Shown: piece after piece, positions 10,560 to 24,728 of the stretch
Layout: each line of letters opens with the position of its first letter
Position numbering within the stretch: position 1 is the stretch's first letter
Assembly: GCA_951406725.2 (NCBI GenBank)
Contig: OX597816.1
Coordinates: 173,414,001 to 173,478,000, forward strand
Direction: 5' to 3'
Source of the DNA: Octopus vulgaris
Lineage: Eukaryota
DNA: 64,000 nucleotides
Position numbers and translations under genes: made by a program
Notes under the pieces: model-generated
Seen by the model: the letters and a program-made list of their open reading frames with translations, nothing else
Database searches by the model: none
What the model was told of the DNA's origin: nothing

Positions 10560-10971
10560 ATATGTACACACACACATGCATGTGCACAAAATCTCCTGGC
10601 GTATGCTTATATAAGTTAGTTGTTACAGACAAAAGAAAGAGAAAGAAAACATCAGAAAATATTAAGTGGGGGGGGGGGGCGGAAGAAAACAGTGGGAAAG
10701 AAGAAAAAGAAAGAGAAACAGAAAAGTAGCAAGAGAAAGGCCCCAAAATAGATAGGGGCAGAAAGTGTTACATCCTGGTGCTGAAAAGTAACCTACAACA
10801 ATTAGATACGTCATATGGCTTGAGCAACAAACACATAAATACGCACGCATAAAAATACATAAGTACAAATATACATGCAAATATACACACATAGATACGC
10901 ATACAAATATACAAAAATATGTACGCAAATACATGCTCACATATATAAAAGTATACATACACATTCATATA

Positions 10972-11017
<46 letters not shown>

Positions 11018-11027
11018 CACACACACA

Positions 11028-11068
<41 letters not shown>

Positions 11069-11729
11069 CATAATTAAATACATGAGTCAACGATAAAGCT
11101 TGGTCAAGCTTAAGCTTAAATTTGTAAAACAGTAAAAAGCTTTCTTAAAAATGAAGTCGAAATATACACTAGCATTGCGATGCAAAATAACTATACCGTG
11201 TAAATTCAAATTCAAATGCGACAGTCAAAAAAATGTGTTTCAAAAGTCAAAACATTTTACCCATATGGTATTTTGTCAGTTGACATTTTAAACTTTGCGG
11301 CATGCCTGCAGGAGTTTAAGAGCTCACGTCTCTGGTTCAAAGTATTTTTATCCTGGAACAAGATGAAGAACTTTTCTGAGAGGCAAAGATTACATTTCAT
11401 AGGTCTTTTATAAGCTCCATGTCTGTATGCTGGACAATCACACCTCTGTCATCATTGCAATCAGATATATTGGCCTTATCAGCCACAAACAAGCATGCAG
11501 ATGATGTGGAGAATAGCCTTCCTAATCTTCGTCAGCGAAGCCAAGCCAAGAATGAATACTAACTGTATTAGAAATGCATCATGGTATATATGTGTGTGTG
11601 TGTTTATAAATATATATATGTGTTTAAATATATATGTGTGTGTGTGTATGTGTGCATTTATATATATATATGTGTATCCATATATATATGTGTGCTTATA
11701 TGTATGTTTATATGTGTATATATTCTTTT

Positions 11730-12487
<758 letters not shown>

Positions 12488-14778
12488 GCGACTCAGGTCT
12501 TTCTTTGCTGACCTGCCACTAATGCTTCCTTGTGACCAGTCTATTCCTTCTACAGTACCTCTGGATATCTCTACCTGGACTCACATGTTTGTAAGAAATG
12601 ATGCCATCAAGGGACCATGCACACCTCCCTTACACAGGACCCTATTGTGTTCTTAGAAGCACACCGAAACTGTTCACTGTGGACATTCACAGGAAAAAAA
12701 TAGACTGTCTCTATCGACAGAGTAAAAAAGGCCTTTTCTGAAACATTTATGCCACTTGCTGACACACCATCATTCTACAAACACTCCCACCCACACAGGC
12801 ACTACCTCCACTCACCAAAATACCAGCTACACAAACAGGACACATTCTGGCAGATCGGTTTATTGGCCGAAGGAATTGTCTCAGACTATTTACATTTCTT
12901 AACTTTTCTTGACAGTGACTGTTCCAGAGAAGTGACTTATGCTGCTAGAGACACTGCATTCATATTTTCTCTCTTTCTGTATCATTGTGTGTGTGTGCAT
13001 ACGTATACTAGTGCAAACATGCTATCTTAAAGATAGCATGTTTTACATTGGTTTGATATCATTGTGTCAGATATTACTATATAAATCACGTGAGACAGTC
13101 TTTTCCAAATTGCATTTGAGCCTACCTGTCAGCTATAAAAGCTCACCTCTTTCTAGTCTCAACGTCTGTTGGTTTCAGACTTTCTAAGGTCTAACCACTG
13201 ACCACATTGCAGCGACTTCCATCTCCATCACCACCTAACCATCTAAAGTGGTGACCCAACATGATGTGGACACTAACTTGTTCTATTTGATGGACACCTT
13301 TCTTTGCTGAACGTTTTTCCTTTTGATTGTTAAGTGTTTTGCTCATATTTTTTTTTTTTAGTTTATTGTTCAACATTCATACATACATACATGCTGTTTG
13401 CCTCGTGCTATCCACTCCAACACACTTCTAGGTTTATTCTAGCAGAAAGTTTTTCTCAAGCCCTTCCTCATCTGGCAAAAATCTCCTCACATGTTTTTGT
13501 CATGTGTTTCTTCTCTGATTTGTAAGAAGCACAAACTACCTCCTATAAACGCCTTTTTTTGCCTTTGCATCTCATAGCATTCCATACATTTTCTTGCTTT
13601 GGTGCCTGATCAACACAAAGTCTCTTGCATGTCGGAACTTCCTTCTTTTGCCACCATCTTTATGGCTTAACTCGCTTCGCTAGTCACTGTCACTTTTTTA
13701 ACACCTACAGCCTTGCCTCTGCAAATGACTCACTGCTTTGCAGGCAAATTCTTGGCACTGCTCACTCTCACAGCAGCCAATATTCTCTCATTTACTTTGA
13801 TTTTTTGCATTCCCATCATTTCCACTTAGCTGGATATAGGTCCATCACATCTGCACATCAAGGTTTGCTGGCTATGTGACCTTTTTTACCTCTTTGCTAC
13901 AGAAATATCTTCCTTTTATCATCAAAATGACTTGGGTTGGGGACTGTTTGTAGCGAACTCTAGTGAGCTTCTTCTCTTGTATTACATACTTACAAACGTA
14001 GCAGGTAGCAGCTAACCTTTGGGTGCTGTTTTAGACCCTGTTGTGTCTAGCTCTCCAATTGGTTGGTATTAGTGCAAATTGTCTCTTACTCTATCGCACG
14101 TCAATATGCAACCCAACCAATCACAACCTTCAAATAAATCACGTGAGACAGTCTTTTCCAAATTGCATTTGAGCCTACCTGTCAGCTATAAAAGACCATG
14201 AGGTCTCTCGCCAACATCGTCAATGACATCTACACAGCACAACACACTGCACTGTTCATGAGCTTTCCTCACCAGGGTTAACAGCTAACATACAACCCAC
14301 ACAGACGCATGTAGATATATGAACAAATGTACATCAACCGCTTCCATTCAGCTTGTGGATTTATATGTGTGACCACAATAAACATATTTAAAGTTACCAC
14401 CTTGAATTTTATACATTCTTTACCGGGTTCCTACCACTGTAACATTACAGCCTTCTGAACAGTCTCATCAGATGACACCACATAACATCTAAAAGTACCA
14501 CTGGTGATTTGGAGTTGATTAGTGTTTGTATTCTCTTTTCCTTCATTAAAGTTTAACTTCCTGTTAATGTAAAAACCCAAAAGAAATTTTTCAACTCAAA
14601 AATTTCAGTTTCAGACAAAATGTCAGTTCTTAAATATTTTATTCCATCTCTCCCCACAAGATACAAACTTATTTAAACTATTGAAGTGCAGTATTTAATT
14701 TTTGGTTGACACCACCACCGCCAACACATCAGTTTCTTTTCCATCAGTGAGAAAGTCAATGTGAGAGAGTCTCTAGAA

Positions 14779-15032
14779 CAGTGTTTCTTAACCATTTTTT
14801 ACCTTTGGACTCCTTTGATTCCTATTTTATTTGGATGTACTCTCCTAGTCATCCGATGCTTAAAAGATCCCATTAAATTTTCTATGATTAAATATTATTA
14901 GTTTCTGTGTAAGAAAGCTTGTTTTGTGTATTGTAGGTGTATAATCAATTTATTGCAGATAAATTTTAACCAGAAAATCTTATATGGACCCTTACTCACC
15001 AGGGACATATGGACACCAGTTGAGAACCACTG
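14779..15032. mobile_element. hAT (Charlie-like) MITE
   Basis: TIRs cagtgtttcttaac / gttgagaaccactg; flanks ctctagaa / gtctagat (NTCTAGAN target). Confidence 0.7.
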
Positions 15033-15091
15033 GTCTAGATGGTCATTCGGCATGCTCAAACAGTCACCAAATCATTCTCAGATCACACATA

Positions 15092-15486
15092 TCTTTATAT
15101 ATAAAAGTGAGGTTGTGTGCTGTCTGTCTCCTACGATTTAGATTCCTAACTACTCCCACATTTTGCGGTGCAGTTTAACCAAAACCGGGTATCTTATAGT
15201 CATGATTCATATCGAGCCCTTCTGGGTATTAGCACGCGTCTACGATGAGTCTACAATTTAAAAAAAAATTTACCATCAATTTTTCCCATTTTTAATGTAT
15301 TTTTGGCATATATAAGGGAAGTAACTCTCTAAAAATTTATTATTAAATCTCAGAACGTAAAAAGCTACAGTAACACCCCCCTTTGTGGTTAGCCATATTG
15401 AGATGGCTATTATACTTTACATCTCTAAAAATGCTTATATAGTTATTTCCCTTACAAACCCAAGCAACGCCAGGCGATACTGCTAG
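15092..15486 (+). mobile_element. non-autonomous Helitron (same family as 8148-8542)
   Basis: a|TCtttatatat ... cccaagcaacgccagg cgatactgCTAG|t. Confidence 0.85.
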
Positions 15487-15630
15487 TATTTTTTTAAATT
15501 TTAATCCTAGATCTGTTTGATCTAGCAACAACATCCAGTTTCTCTGATATCAGTTTCTTTAATAAATGAACAATCTTTGCCTCTGCTGTTTCCCAACCTT
15601 ATCTGTATTCATTCTCTCATTCTTCTGCAG

Positions 15631-15782
15631 AATGTTTTTTCCAGAAGGGAGATTACAATTTTGCTCTGCAGGACTATGAACAAGCCTTGGAGTTAGATCC
15701 CTTGGACAGGAAACATTTTCCTAGGATTTCTGAACTCTGTTACTTGTTAGCACTACAGTACTACACTGACCGAAACTTTGAG
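15631..15782 (+). CDS. TTC16: TTC16-like coding exon
   Basis: tcttctgcAG / GTagag; (E)CFFQKGDYNFALQDYEQALELDPLDRKHFPRISELCYLLALQYYTDRNFE, a classic TPR; phase 1 in, phase 0 out. Confidence 0.9.
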
Positions 15783-15819
15783 GTAGAGAAATATTTTGAA
15801 TTTCTGTCTGTATATACAG

Positions 15820-15879
<60 letters not shown>

Positions 15880-16028
15880 ATGTGTGTGTGCGCGTGTGCC
15901 TGTGTGTGTGTGTGTGTGTACCATTATGTTAGAATGTACATGCATATGTATATCTGTATGCTGTTGTGTACAGAGAGCAAAGCTGTAAGCGTGTATGCAT
16001 ATGTGAATGTGTTTGTGAGAGAAACTAT

Positions 16029-16432
16029 GCAAAGGAGTGGCTGTGTGGTAAGTAGCTTGCTAACCAGCCACATGGTTCCGGGTTCAGTCCCACTGCATGG
16101 CATCTTGGGCAAGTGTCTTCTGCTATAGCCCTGGGCCGACCAATGCCTTGTGAGTGGATTTGGTAGACAGAAACTGAAAGAAGCCTGTCGTATATATATA
16201 TATATATATGTGTTTGTGTGTCTGTGTTTGTCTCCCTAGCATTGCTTGACAACCGATGCTGGTGTGTTTACGTCCCCGTCACTTAGCGGTTCGGCAAAAA
16301 GAGACCGATAGAATAGTACTGGGCTTACAAAAGAATAAGTCCCGGGGTCGATTTGCTCGACTAAAGGCGGTGCTCCAGCATGGCCGCAGTCAAATGACTG
16401 AAACAAGTAAAAGAGTAAAAGAGTAAAGAGTA
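16029..16432 (+). mobile_element. SINE family B
   Basis: full-length match. Confidence 0.85.
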
Positions 16433-16584
16433 AAGGTATGAGTATATGGGTTACAATGTCTATGCATTTAAGCATTCTGGAAGGGAAGCTTATGGAGGCT
16501 TACAGACCCAGCAAACTGAGGAGCAGTAGAAAGGATTATTGTTGTTGTTGCTAATGTTTCGATAGAAATCAATATATTGATATT

Positions 16585-16800
16585 CTTTTCTACTCTAGGT
16601 ACAAGGCCCGAAATTTATTGGGGTGGGGGGGGCAGTTGATTAGAACTACCCCAGTACACAACTGGTACTTAATTTATCAACCCTGGGAGGATGAAAGACA
16701 TAGTCAACCGTGGCAGAATTTGAACTCAGAAAATAAAGACAGATGAACTACCACTCAGCATTTTGCCCGACCTGCTAACGTTTCTGCCAACTCACCACCT
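16585..16800 (-). mobile_element. SINE family A, older subfamily
   Basis: reverse complement of ggtggtgagttggcagaaacgttagc...gagttcaaatt...aagtaccagt. Confidence 0.7.
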
Positions 16801-17468
16801 TAATCAATATATCAATATTGTCATGACTTTTATTAACATCATTTTATCACCTCCACCACCACCACCTTCTTCTTCTTCTTCTTCTTCTTACTACTACTAC
16901 TACTACTACTACTACTACATACACTATTGCTGCTACAACCACTTCTTTTTCTTCTGTGATACTTTTATTGAAATATATCATGTATGTATATGAAACAAAA
17001 CCACATCAAAAATACAAATCCAAAACCAGGAAAAGAAAATGGGAAAGAGGAACAAAGATAGCAAAAGAAAGAAAAAAGAAAAAGAAGTAAAACAGAAACA
17101 AAACAAAGCGGGGGGATGGGGGACCCCACATCAATTAAGGGCAGAACCTTGCTCTGATGTCCAGATCTTTATTGAGGATTTTGTTGCCATCCTCTAGAGC
17201 TTGTCTTAGTTGAAGCACATCAACCAGATCCCTAAGGGAGCTTGGACTTGTTTTGCCCATGCTCTCTCCAAGCTATTGAAGAATGTCTCTCTATCCAACA
17301 ACACCAGAGATTGGCAGAAACTGTTCCTATTCCCTCTGGTCTCTCTCTCCATATGACAAATGCAAATACTGGACCCCTAATGTCTTCCCTAAAACAGCTG
17401 TTCGAGTCCACCCCAACCACTGTTCATCTCATGTCAGGGATCAGTACAGATCCAAACAATGGTTACCC

Positions 17469-17870
17469 TTTTACTCTTTTACTTGTTTCAGTCATTTGAC
17501 TGCGGCCATGCTGGAGCACCGCCTTTAATCGAGCAACTTGACCCCAGGACTTATTCTTTTGTAAGCCCAGTACTTATTCTATCGGTCTCTTTTGCCAAAC
17601 TGCTAAGTAACGGGGACATAAACACACCAGCATCGGTTGTCAAGCAATGCTAGGGGGACAAACACAGACACACAAACACACACACGCATATATATATATA
17701 TACATATATACGACAGGCTTCTTTCAGTTTCTGTCTACCAAATCCACTCGCAAGGCTTTGGTCAGCCCGGGGCTATAGTAGAAGACACTTGCCCAAGGTG
17801 CCACGCAGTGGGACTGAACCCGGAGCCATGTGGTTGGTAAACAAGCTACTTACCACACAGCCACTCCTGC
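17469..17870 (-). mobile_element. SINE family B
   Basis: full-length match. Confidence 0.85.
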
Positions 17871-17877
17871 TCTTAAC

Positions 17878-18392
17878 TTAAAGGAAGCCATTAATGTCAA
17901 CTTCAGTGAATTTCACATTAAAGGGGCTGTTTGCTTCCTCTCCTCTCTGTCTTCCCTCACTCAGTGCACAAATGATTCCCTCAATTGATTGGAGAGACAT
18001 CCTCTGGCCCCTCTTGATGACTACTACCCTGGCCCACAACCCACCAGGCTTTTTACAACCTGTTTTCACCTCTGGGCTCTGGGACTGGGATTGATGGCTT
18101 ACAATCCCAGCATCCCAAAGATGTTATCTCTCTGTCAGCCAGTGATGCCAGTCTTGAACTCTTGGAGAACCTAACCCACTTTTTCAACATGTCCTCATCT
18201 GAGTGTGTTGTTCTCTACATTCACCCCTTGTTTTTTTGGGCCAAACTATTTGGTCTTGTAAAGCCTAATGGTGACTTCCACCCCATAGCAGTTGATTGGA
18301 CTCTTCTACAGCTCACGGCAAAAGTGTGTCTGTCCTCAGTTTCAGACTGCTTGTCCGCCAAATTTTCCCCTAATCAGCTAGGGGTGAGTACA
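17878..18392 (+). mobile_element. degenerate CRE-clade non-LTR retrotransposon RT fragment
   Basis: frame-broken peptides IKGAVCFLSS, GSGTGIDGLQSQHPKDVI and FFWAKLFGLVKPNGDFHPIAVDWTLLQLTAK...SPNQLGV match the CRE/SLACS pattern FFGA.L.AL.K..GG.RPIAVG..LRRL.AK...P.QLG. Confidence 0.65.
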
Positions 18393-18624
18393 AAGTCAGT
18401 GATCAAGTTCGTACATGTATTAGTGAATGATTTAGTGAGTGACTTAGTGAGTTGGTGAGGAGATAGCAAGCAAATTAGGGAGTGAAGTAGTGATTGCAAT
18501 ACTGAGTGAGTCAGTGAGTGTGTTAGTGAGTTAGTGAGTGAGTTATTGAGGGACTTCATCACAGTATTAGAGAAAGTTTGTGAGTTCTTGAGTGAGTGAA
18601 ATAGTGAGAGTTTTAGTGAATGCA

Positions 18625-20099
18625 TCAGGTCATCCCATAAGTAATGTTTAGGTTTTAACCCTTTCGTTACCAACCCGGCTGAAACCGGCTCTGGCTCTTT
18701 AGTACAAATGTCTGGTTTTCAAAAATTCTGAATTAAAACCTTCCACCAAACCTTAGTCACAATTTATGTCCCTAACTCTAGCTTAATGATAACGATGTTA
18801 TTTTACTTAATTCTTTGTTATATTTAACATAATTGGAAGAAACACTGAGCATCTCAAAATAAATTCAGTAACGAAAGGATTAAATAAGGAAAACAAGCCA
18901 TCAAATCTTACATTTTAATGAAACCTAATCATCAATATAGTTTCCATAATTATTTATGACATCTTTCCACCTATTCATAAGCTTTTCAATCCCATCAATG
19001 AAAAACTATTTTGGCTTCGAAGAGAGAAGAATTCTGGATGGCCATTTTCGATTTCCTCGGTTGTTTCGAGAGTTAATCTATCCAAATGATTCTGAAAACT
19101 ACAGAACAAATGGTCGTCTGAAGGAGCAAGGTCTGAGCAATTTTCTGCCAGCCAAGTTCCTTGATCTTCTGTGATGTGATCTCTGCCATGCAGGGTCTTG
19201 CATTGTGCTAATGAAACATCACTCCTCCAGGCCCTTTTTTTCTTCAAAGCAGCATTCAAATGCTCTTATTGCTGACAGTAGATTTGAGCATTAATTGTTG
19301 CATTAGTTGGAAGCACCTCAAAGTAGATTACTCCTTTGCAATCCCACAAATCAGAGAGAAGAACCTTCTTTGCATGGAGTTCCCTTTTGAGTTGTGGTTG
19401 GGCTTTTTCCCCTTCACCAAGCCAATGTCTACAAAGCTTAACATTTTGATAATAAAAGACTCAATTTTCCTCACCAGTCTGTCCAAAAAGTACTAGATGA
19501 GTTCATGAGAACAGAGAGAAAAGCAGATATCCTCTTGGGGTTTGCAGTTGGCTTCAGACAAATCATGAGGCACCCATTTTCTGAGAATTGGTACCTTCCC
19601 AGTGAAGATGGTAGTGAACAGTTGTATGGCTTAAAAGAAGCTTACTTGCCAATTCTTTCTACTGAAACTGCATGATCTTTTTCAAGTCCTGCCAAAAGTA
19701 TCTTGTCATCATACTCAAAGGGATGTCCTTTTGGGCCTCATCTTCGAGGCTGAAATCTCCACTTCTGAATTTTACAGACCATCTTCTGCAAGTTCTTTTA
19801 TTCAGGTACTCTTCTCCATAAGCTGAGTGAATATTTTGAGTCACTTCAGCTCCTGAGTTCCTTTTTTTAAACTCATAAAGTAATGTGTGCCTCAAATGCT
19901 CCTTAGACACTTCTATGTTTGAAGAGCTATAATTTGTGAAATTTCAATTAGATTATCCTGCAAAATGAAATTTAATTAGTTTAAATATGTCCAAATACAT
20001 ATAAATATTACTTGATGCCATTAGACATTCTAAAATACTGTGAAAGCATTTACAAATTGAAAATATAGAAGTCTGGACATTACTTACAGGATAACCTGA
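18625..20099 (-). mobile_element. mariner transposon, full length and degenerate
   Basis: TIRs tcaggtcatcccataagtaatg / cattacttacaggataacctga+TA; KEHLRHTLLYEF...RTCRRWSVKFRSGDFSLEDE and SDLAPSDDHLF transposase motifs. Confidence 0.85.
18659..18879. mobile_element. piggyBac-type MITE nested in the mariner
   Basis: TTAA|ccctttcgttac ... gtaacgaaagga|TTAA. Confidence 0.8.
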
Positions 20100-21790
20100 T
20101 AGTCAGTCAGTTATTGTGTGAGTCAGAGAGTGTGTTATTAATTGTATTACTGAGTGAGTCAGTGTGTGTATTAGCTAGTGAGGGAGGGAGGGAGAGAGGG
20201 AGGGCAGGACTGAGTGAGTGAGTGTATTAAAAAATGAGATAGTAAGTTATTGAGTATATTAATGAGTGCACTACTAAATGAGATAGTAAGCTTATTAGTC
20301 AGGCTATTAGTGAAGGAGTTAGTAAATGAGTTAGTGAAGGAATTAATGAGGGTATTATTGAGTGTGTTTTTGAGTGAATTGGTAAGTGAGTTAATGAATG
20401 CATTAGTAAGGGAGATAAAGGTTAAAGACCCCCTTTGGTCATGAGTGACCATGAGGTTGCACCTAGAAAGTTACTCTCTGAGGCACAAGTCTGGGCAAGC
20501 TTGTTTATGGAAGACCAGCAGTTGACCATGCATACCAGCTTCCAATCTCCACACCATGGATGTTATCCCAAAAAAAAAAAAAAGGCAAAGGCTTGGCACC
20601 AGTGACGTCGCAATTCATTTCTACAGCTGAGTGAACTGGAACAATGGGAAATAAAGTGTCTTGCTCAAGAACACAACACTTGGCCCAGTCTAGGAATTGA
20701 ACTCATTACCTCAGGATTGTGAGCTCAATGCTCCTCAGTGGCTAGAACACCCTATATAGTAAGGGATATAATGAGTGTATTAATGAGTTAGTAAATCAGT
20801 GTATTAGTGATTGAGTTAGGGGGTGAGCTACTAATTGTATTTGTGAGTAACTCAGTGCATGTATTAATGAGTGCATTACAAAGTGACATAGTGAATGAAT
20901 TTGTGAGTGTTTTAGTGAGTGAGTTAGTGTGAGAGTTAGTGGGTGATATATGATGTGAGTTAGTGAGTGTATTAGTGAATGAGTCAGTGAGTTAGTGAGT
21001 GAATTAGTGAGTTTATTAGTGAGTGTGTTCTTGAGTGAGTTAGTGAGTGTATTAGTGAATAAGTCAGTGAGTTAGTGAGTGAGTTAGGGAGCAAGTTACT
21101 AATTGCCTTAGTGAGTGAGTCAGTGAGTGTATTAGTAACTGAGTTAGTAACAATGTTAGTGATTGCGCTAATGGGCTGATTAGTGAATGAATTAGTGAAT
21201 GTATTAGTGAGTTAGTGAGTGTATTAGTCAGTTAGTTAGTGAGTTGATGAATGAGTTAATGAGTGAGTCAGTGATTGTAATAGCAAGTGGGTCAATGAGT
21301 GAATTAGTGAGTGTATTAGTGAGTGAGTTGTTGAGAGAAATAGTAAAGGACTTAGTGAGGTAGTTAATGAGTTTGTGAGTGTGTTAGTGTCAGTGAGAGA
21401 ATTAGTGAGCATGTTAGTTAATGAGTTAATGTGTTAGTTCTTGAGCATATTAGTGAGTGAGTTAGCGAGTGAATTAGTGAGTTGGCGAGTGATGTAGTGA
21501 GCGAGTTAATGAATGTATTAGTTTGTGAGTTAATAAATTGGTGAACAAATTAGTGAGTTTATAAGTGAGTGCATTATTGATTGATTGATCGAGTGAGTGA
21601 GTGAGTTAGTGAGTTGGTTTGGTTGGTTGGTTGGTTGGTTGGTTGGTTGGTTGGTTGGTTGGTTGGCTGGTTGGTTGGTTGGTTGGTTGGCTGGTCGGTT
21701 AGTTTATTTGTGAATGAATTAAGGAATACATTAGTGAGTGTATTAGTGAGTTAGTGAATGAGTTGCTGAGTTTTTTAGTGAGTGATACTT
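20100..21790. repeat. degenerate (GTGA/TTAGTGAG)n satellite with a (GGTT)n tract, interrupted by a SINE; also present at 18400-18620
   Basis: seen directly. Confidence 0.85.
20425..20735 (-). mobile_element. SINE family D
   Basis: reverse complement matches 59750-60077. Confidence 0.75.
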
Positions 21791-21799
21791 ACTCTATTT

Positions 21800-22210
21800 C
21801 TCTTTTACTCTTTTACTTGTTTCAGTCATTTGACTGCGGCCATGCTGGAGCACCACCTTCAGTCGAGCAAATCAACCCCGGGACTTATTCTTTGTAAGCC
21901 CAGTACTTATTCTATCAGTCTCTTTTTCCAAACCGCTAAGTGACGGGGACGTAAACACACCAGCATCGGTTGTCAAGCAATGCTAGGGGAACAAACACAG
22001 ACACACAAACACATACACACACATACATATATATATATATATACGACAGGCTTCTTTCAGTTTCCGTCTACCAAATCCACTCACAAGGCATTGGTCGGCC
22101 CGGGGCTATAGCAGTGGGAAGACACTTGCCCAAGATGCCACGCAGTGGGACTGAACCCAGAACCATGTGGTTGGTAAACAAGCTACTTACCACACAGCCA
22201 CTCCTGCGCC
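21800..22210 (-). mobile_element. SINE family B
   Basis: full-length match. Confidence 0.85.
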
Positions 22211-23544
22211 TTAGTGTTTTTTTAAATATCTTCTTATCTCAAGACTTTGAAAAAAAAAAGCTGTCCATATAACTTATTCAGTTCATTATGTTGTTTCTTA
22301 TTTCCAATAACATCCCTTTTTTTCTCATCCTGCAGCCAATATATCCTCTTTCTTTTTTTCAGCTCTCAGAAATACTTATTCACTGTCAGTAACATCATAA
22401 TCTTTCCACTTCAACTTCCACACAGTTTTTTTTTCCACATTAACAATCCTCTGTTTCCATTTTTTCTGTTGAAATAGTCTCAATATCTGTTTTGTAGGTG
22501 GAAGACCCTGCAGATTGTTGGCAGTTCCTTTGTTTTTCTATCTACAATTTCAATTTCATCATTTGTCTGTTTGATTTTCCTGGTGTGGTTCTTACCGATG
22601 GCTACAGATCTGGCTTTGGCAGGGGAATTGTCAATTTGAATCTCCAGGTGGATAGGAACAAGGAAGAAGTCATGAATAGGGTGACCAGTCTCACCCTGAA
22701 AGTTCAGGCAGAAGTAGCAAATGCACACGTTGCTTTGGTGGTCACTGCTACTGCCTGATCATCATACTATGGCCCAAGAAACATCTGACTAGAAAGGAGT
22801 GCTTGATTTTCCACTTTTTATGGAAGAGTCATCAGATTCTGATAATCAAGAAATCTATCTACTGTCAACACCCAACCCTTGGGATGCCATCCTTGATGTT
22901 GCACCAGCATGCACTGAGGCCAACACACCTGCAGAAGTATCTGAATCACTGTAATGGTGTTGCTGACAGCAATGAAAACAAGAGTAAACTGGTGTGGATG
23001 TTCTTTGTGTCACACAACTTTTCACAACTCATTTCTTTGACTGAGCTGCAGACAAGGATCATTTGTAGACTAATATTGTATGCTCATTAGCATCTACAAT
23101 GTCACCAGATGCTTCTAGCCTTGTATGAGCAGGGCAAGGCCATCATTGAGAAAAGAACTCCAGATTTCTATAAAGGGATACTTGAAAGAATGAGTGACAC
23201 TGGTTTAAGAATGACTCTGGACATCAACAAGAACAGTCTGAGTGGTCTCTTCTGGAGGGCTTTAAAGCCAGGAACAACTTCCAGAAGTCCTTGGTATGGC
23301 AGTGCTGCTGTGCTACCTGTTGAAGACAAGTTCTTCAGGCCATCACTCAATATCTGTGCAGAAGTGACTGGTGGGCCTGTGTCAAACAGCTACAATCATG
23401 TGCAGGACAAATCCAGCTATCCAACAGGTCTGTAATGAAGATTGACATGTCACCTTCCTTTGATAGAAAAGGGAAGCAAGTATTTTTCTGCTTGATGGCT
23501 GTGGGACCAAGTTGTGTAAACAATACAGAAGAAAGTTTAAAGCA

Positions 23545-23740
23545 GTGAGGTGGCAGAATTATTAGCATGCCAGACAAGATGCTTAGCAGCATTTCATCCG
23601 TTCTGAGTTCAAATTCTACCAAGGTCGACTTTGCCTTTCATCCTGTCAGAGTCAATAAAATAAGTACTATTAATCACTGGGGTCGATGTAATCAACTTTC
23701 CCCCTCCTCTGAAATTGCTGGCCTTGTGTCAAAATTTGAA
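23545..23740 (+). mobile_element. SINE family A, older copy
   Basis: tggcagaattattagcatgcc...ggtcgactttgcctttcatcc. Confidence 0.7.
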
Positions 23741-24047
23741 ATCAGTATAGAGGAAAGTGAGGGTAGAGAGGAAGGTGCTGCCTTCCAATGTATTTGTGGA
23801 AAGATGGATGAGAGTGACAACAATAGGGAGTTTGAAGGGGTTTACTCTGATACTTATTTTCTAAGTAGGAGGAAAAAAAGAGGGCGAGAAAACATTTGAG
23901 GTCTTGGAGATGGCAGAGTAATCCGAGCCTTTTTGTGTGGTATTTTCCTGAAGTTACCTTAAATGAACTGCCCCACTATCAAGGAATTTGTTTATTTATT
24001 TGATATTTTTTTTCATATTTTTTGTTATATCCTTATTGGTGTTGACT

Positions 24048-24440
24048 GTGGAGACGCAATGGCCCAGTGGTTAGGGCAGCGGATTCGCAGTCATAGCATT
24101 GCGGTTTCGATTCTCAGACCGGGCATTGTGAGTGTTTGTTGAGCGAAAACACCTAAAGCTCCACGAGGCTCCGGCAGGGGATGGTGGTGATCCCTGCTGT
24201 ACTCTTTCACCACAACTTTCTCTCACTCTTACTTCCTGTTTCTGTTGTACCTGTATTTCAAAGGGCCGGCCTTGTCACTCTCTGTATCACGCTGAATATC
24301 CCCGAGGACTACGTTAAGGGTACACGTGCCTGTGGAGTGCTCAGCCACTTACACGTTAATTTCACGAGCAGGCTGTTCCGTTGATTCGGATCAACCGGAA
24401 CCCTCGTCGTTGGAACCGACGGAGTGCTTCCAATTCCAAC
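24048..24440 (+). mobile_element. tRNA-derived SINE family C
   Basis: A-box tggcccagtggttagg, B-box ggtttcgattc; 11-bp TSD tggtgttgact; twin at 34822-35206. Confidence 0.85.
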
Positions 24441-24635
24441 TGGTGTTGACTCCTGTTTGATCAATGTAACTCCCACCTTTTTTGTGTTGAATTTGTCCTT
24501 TGTCCTCAATGTCTTGGCCAATAAAAGAGACTACCATCAACATCATTATTATTTGATTCTGTATCTAATTAAAGCAAAAGCAATATGAATGTTCCCTTGT
24601 AACAATAATATTAACTGTAGCATTTTACATTGCAG

Positions 24636-24728
24636 GAATCTGTAGTGAAATTGGACAAGGCAATAAGTTACTCACCAATCACTGGCCAATTATATATCTT
24701 GAGAGCCAAGTGTAAACGCATGTTACAG
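24636..24728 (+). CDS. TTC16: TTC16-like coding exon
   Basis: cattgcAG / GTaaaa; ESVVKLDKAISYSPITGQLYILRAKCKRMLQ, TPR-like; 93 nt, phase 0/0. Confidence 0.85.

Larger units (their letters stand above)
22560..24530 (+). mobile_element. highly degenerate L1/Tx1-like LINE 3' portion, interrupted by SINEs
   Basis: IFHFLWK...KKSIYCQHP..GMPSLMLHQHALR resembles the L1/Tx1 ORF2 post-RT motif F.FLW.....R..(GGLG)MP; ends ggccaataaa. Confidence 0.45.

Noticed and set aside
10775-10830. Plus-strand hammerhead-like remnant (ctgaaaa gta..tac gtca)
   Set aside because: Both core segments deviate; too degenerate to call.
11385-11540. Minus-strand CUGACGA ... GAAAUGUA with a long spacer
   Set aside because: Stem I does not pair and helix III is broken.
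14417-14475. Minus-strand CUGAUGA...GAACCCGGUA
   Set aside because: GAAC instead of GAAA and a weak stem I; kept only as a possible relic, not listed as a feature.
20760-21790. Interstitial telomeric repeat
   Set aside because: Units are GTGA/TTAGTGAG, not TTAGGG arrays.
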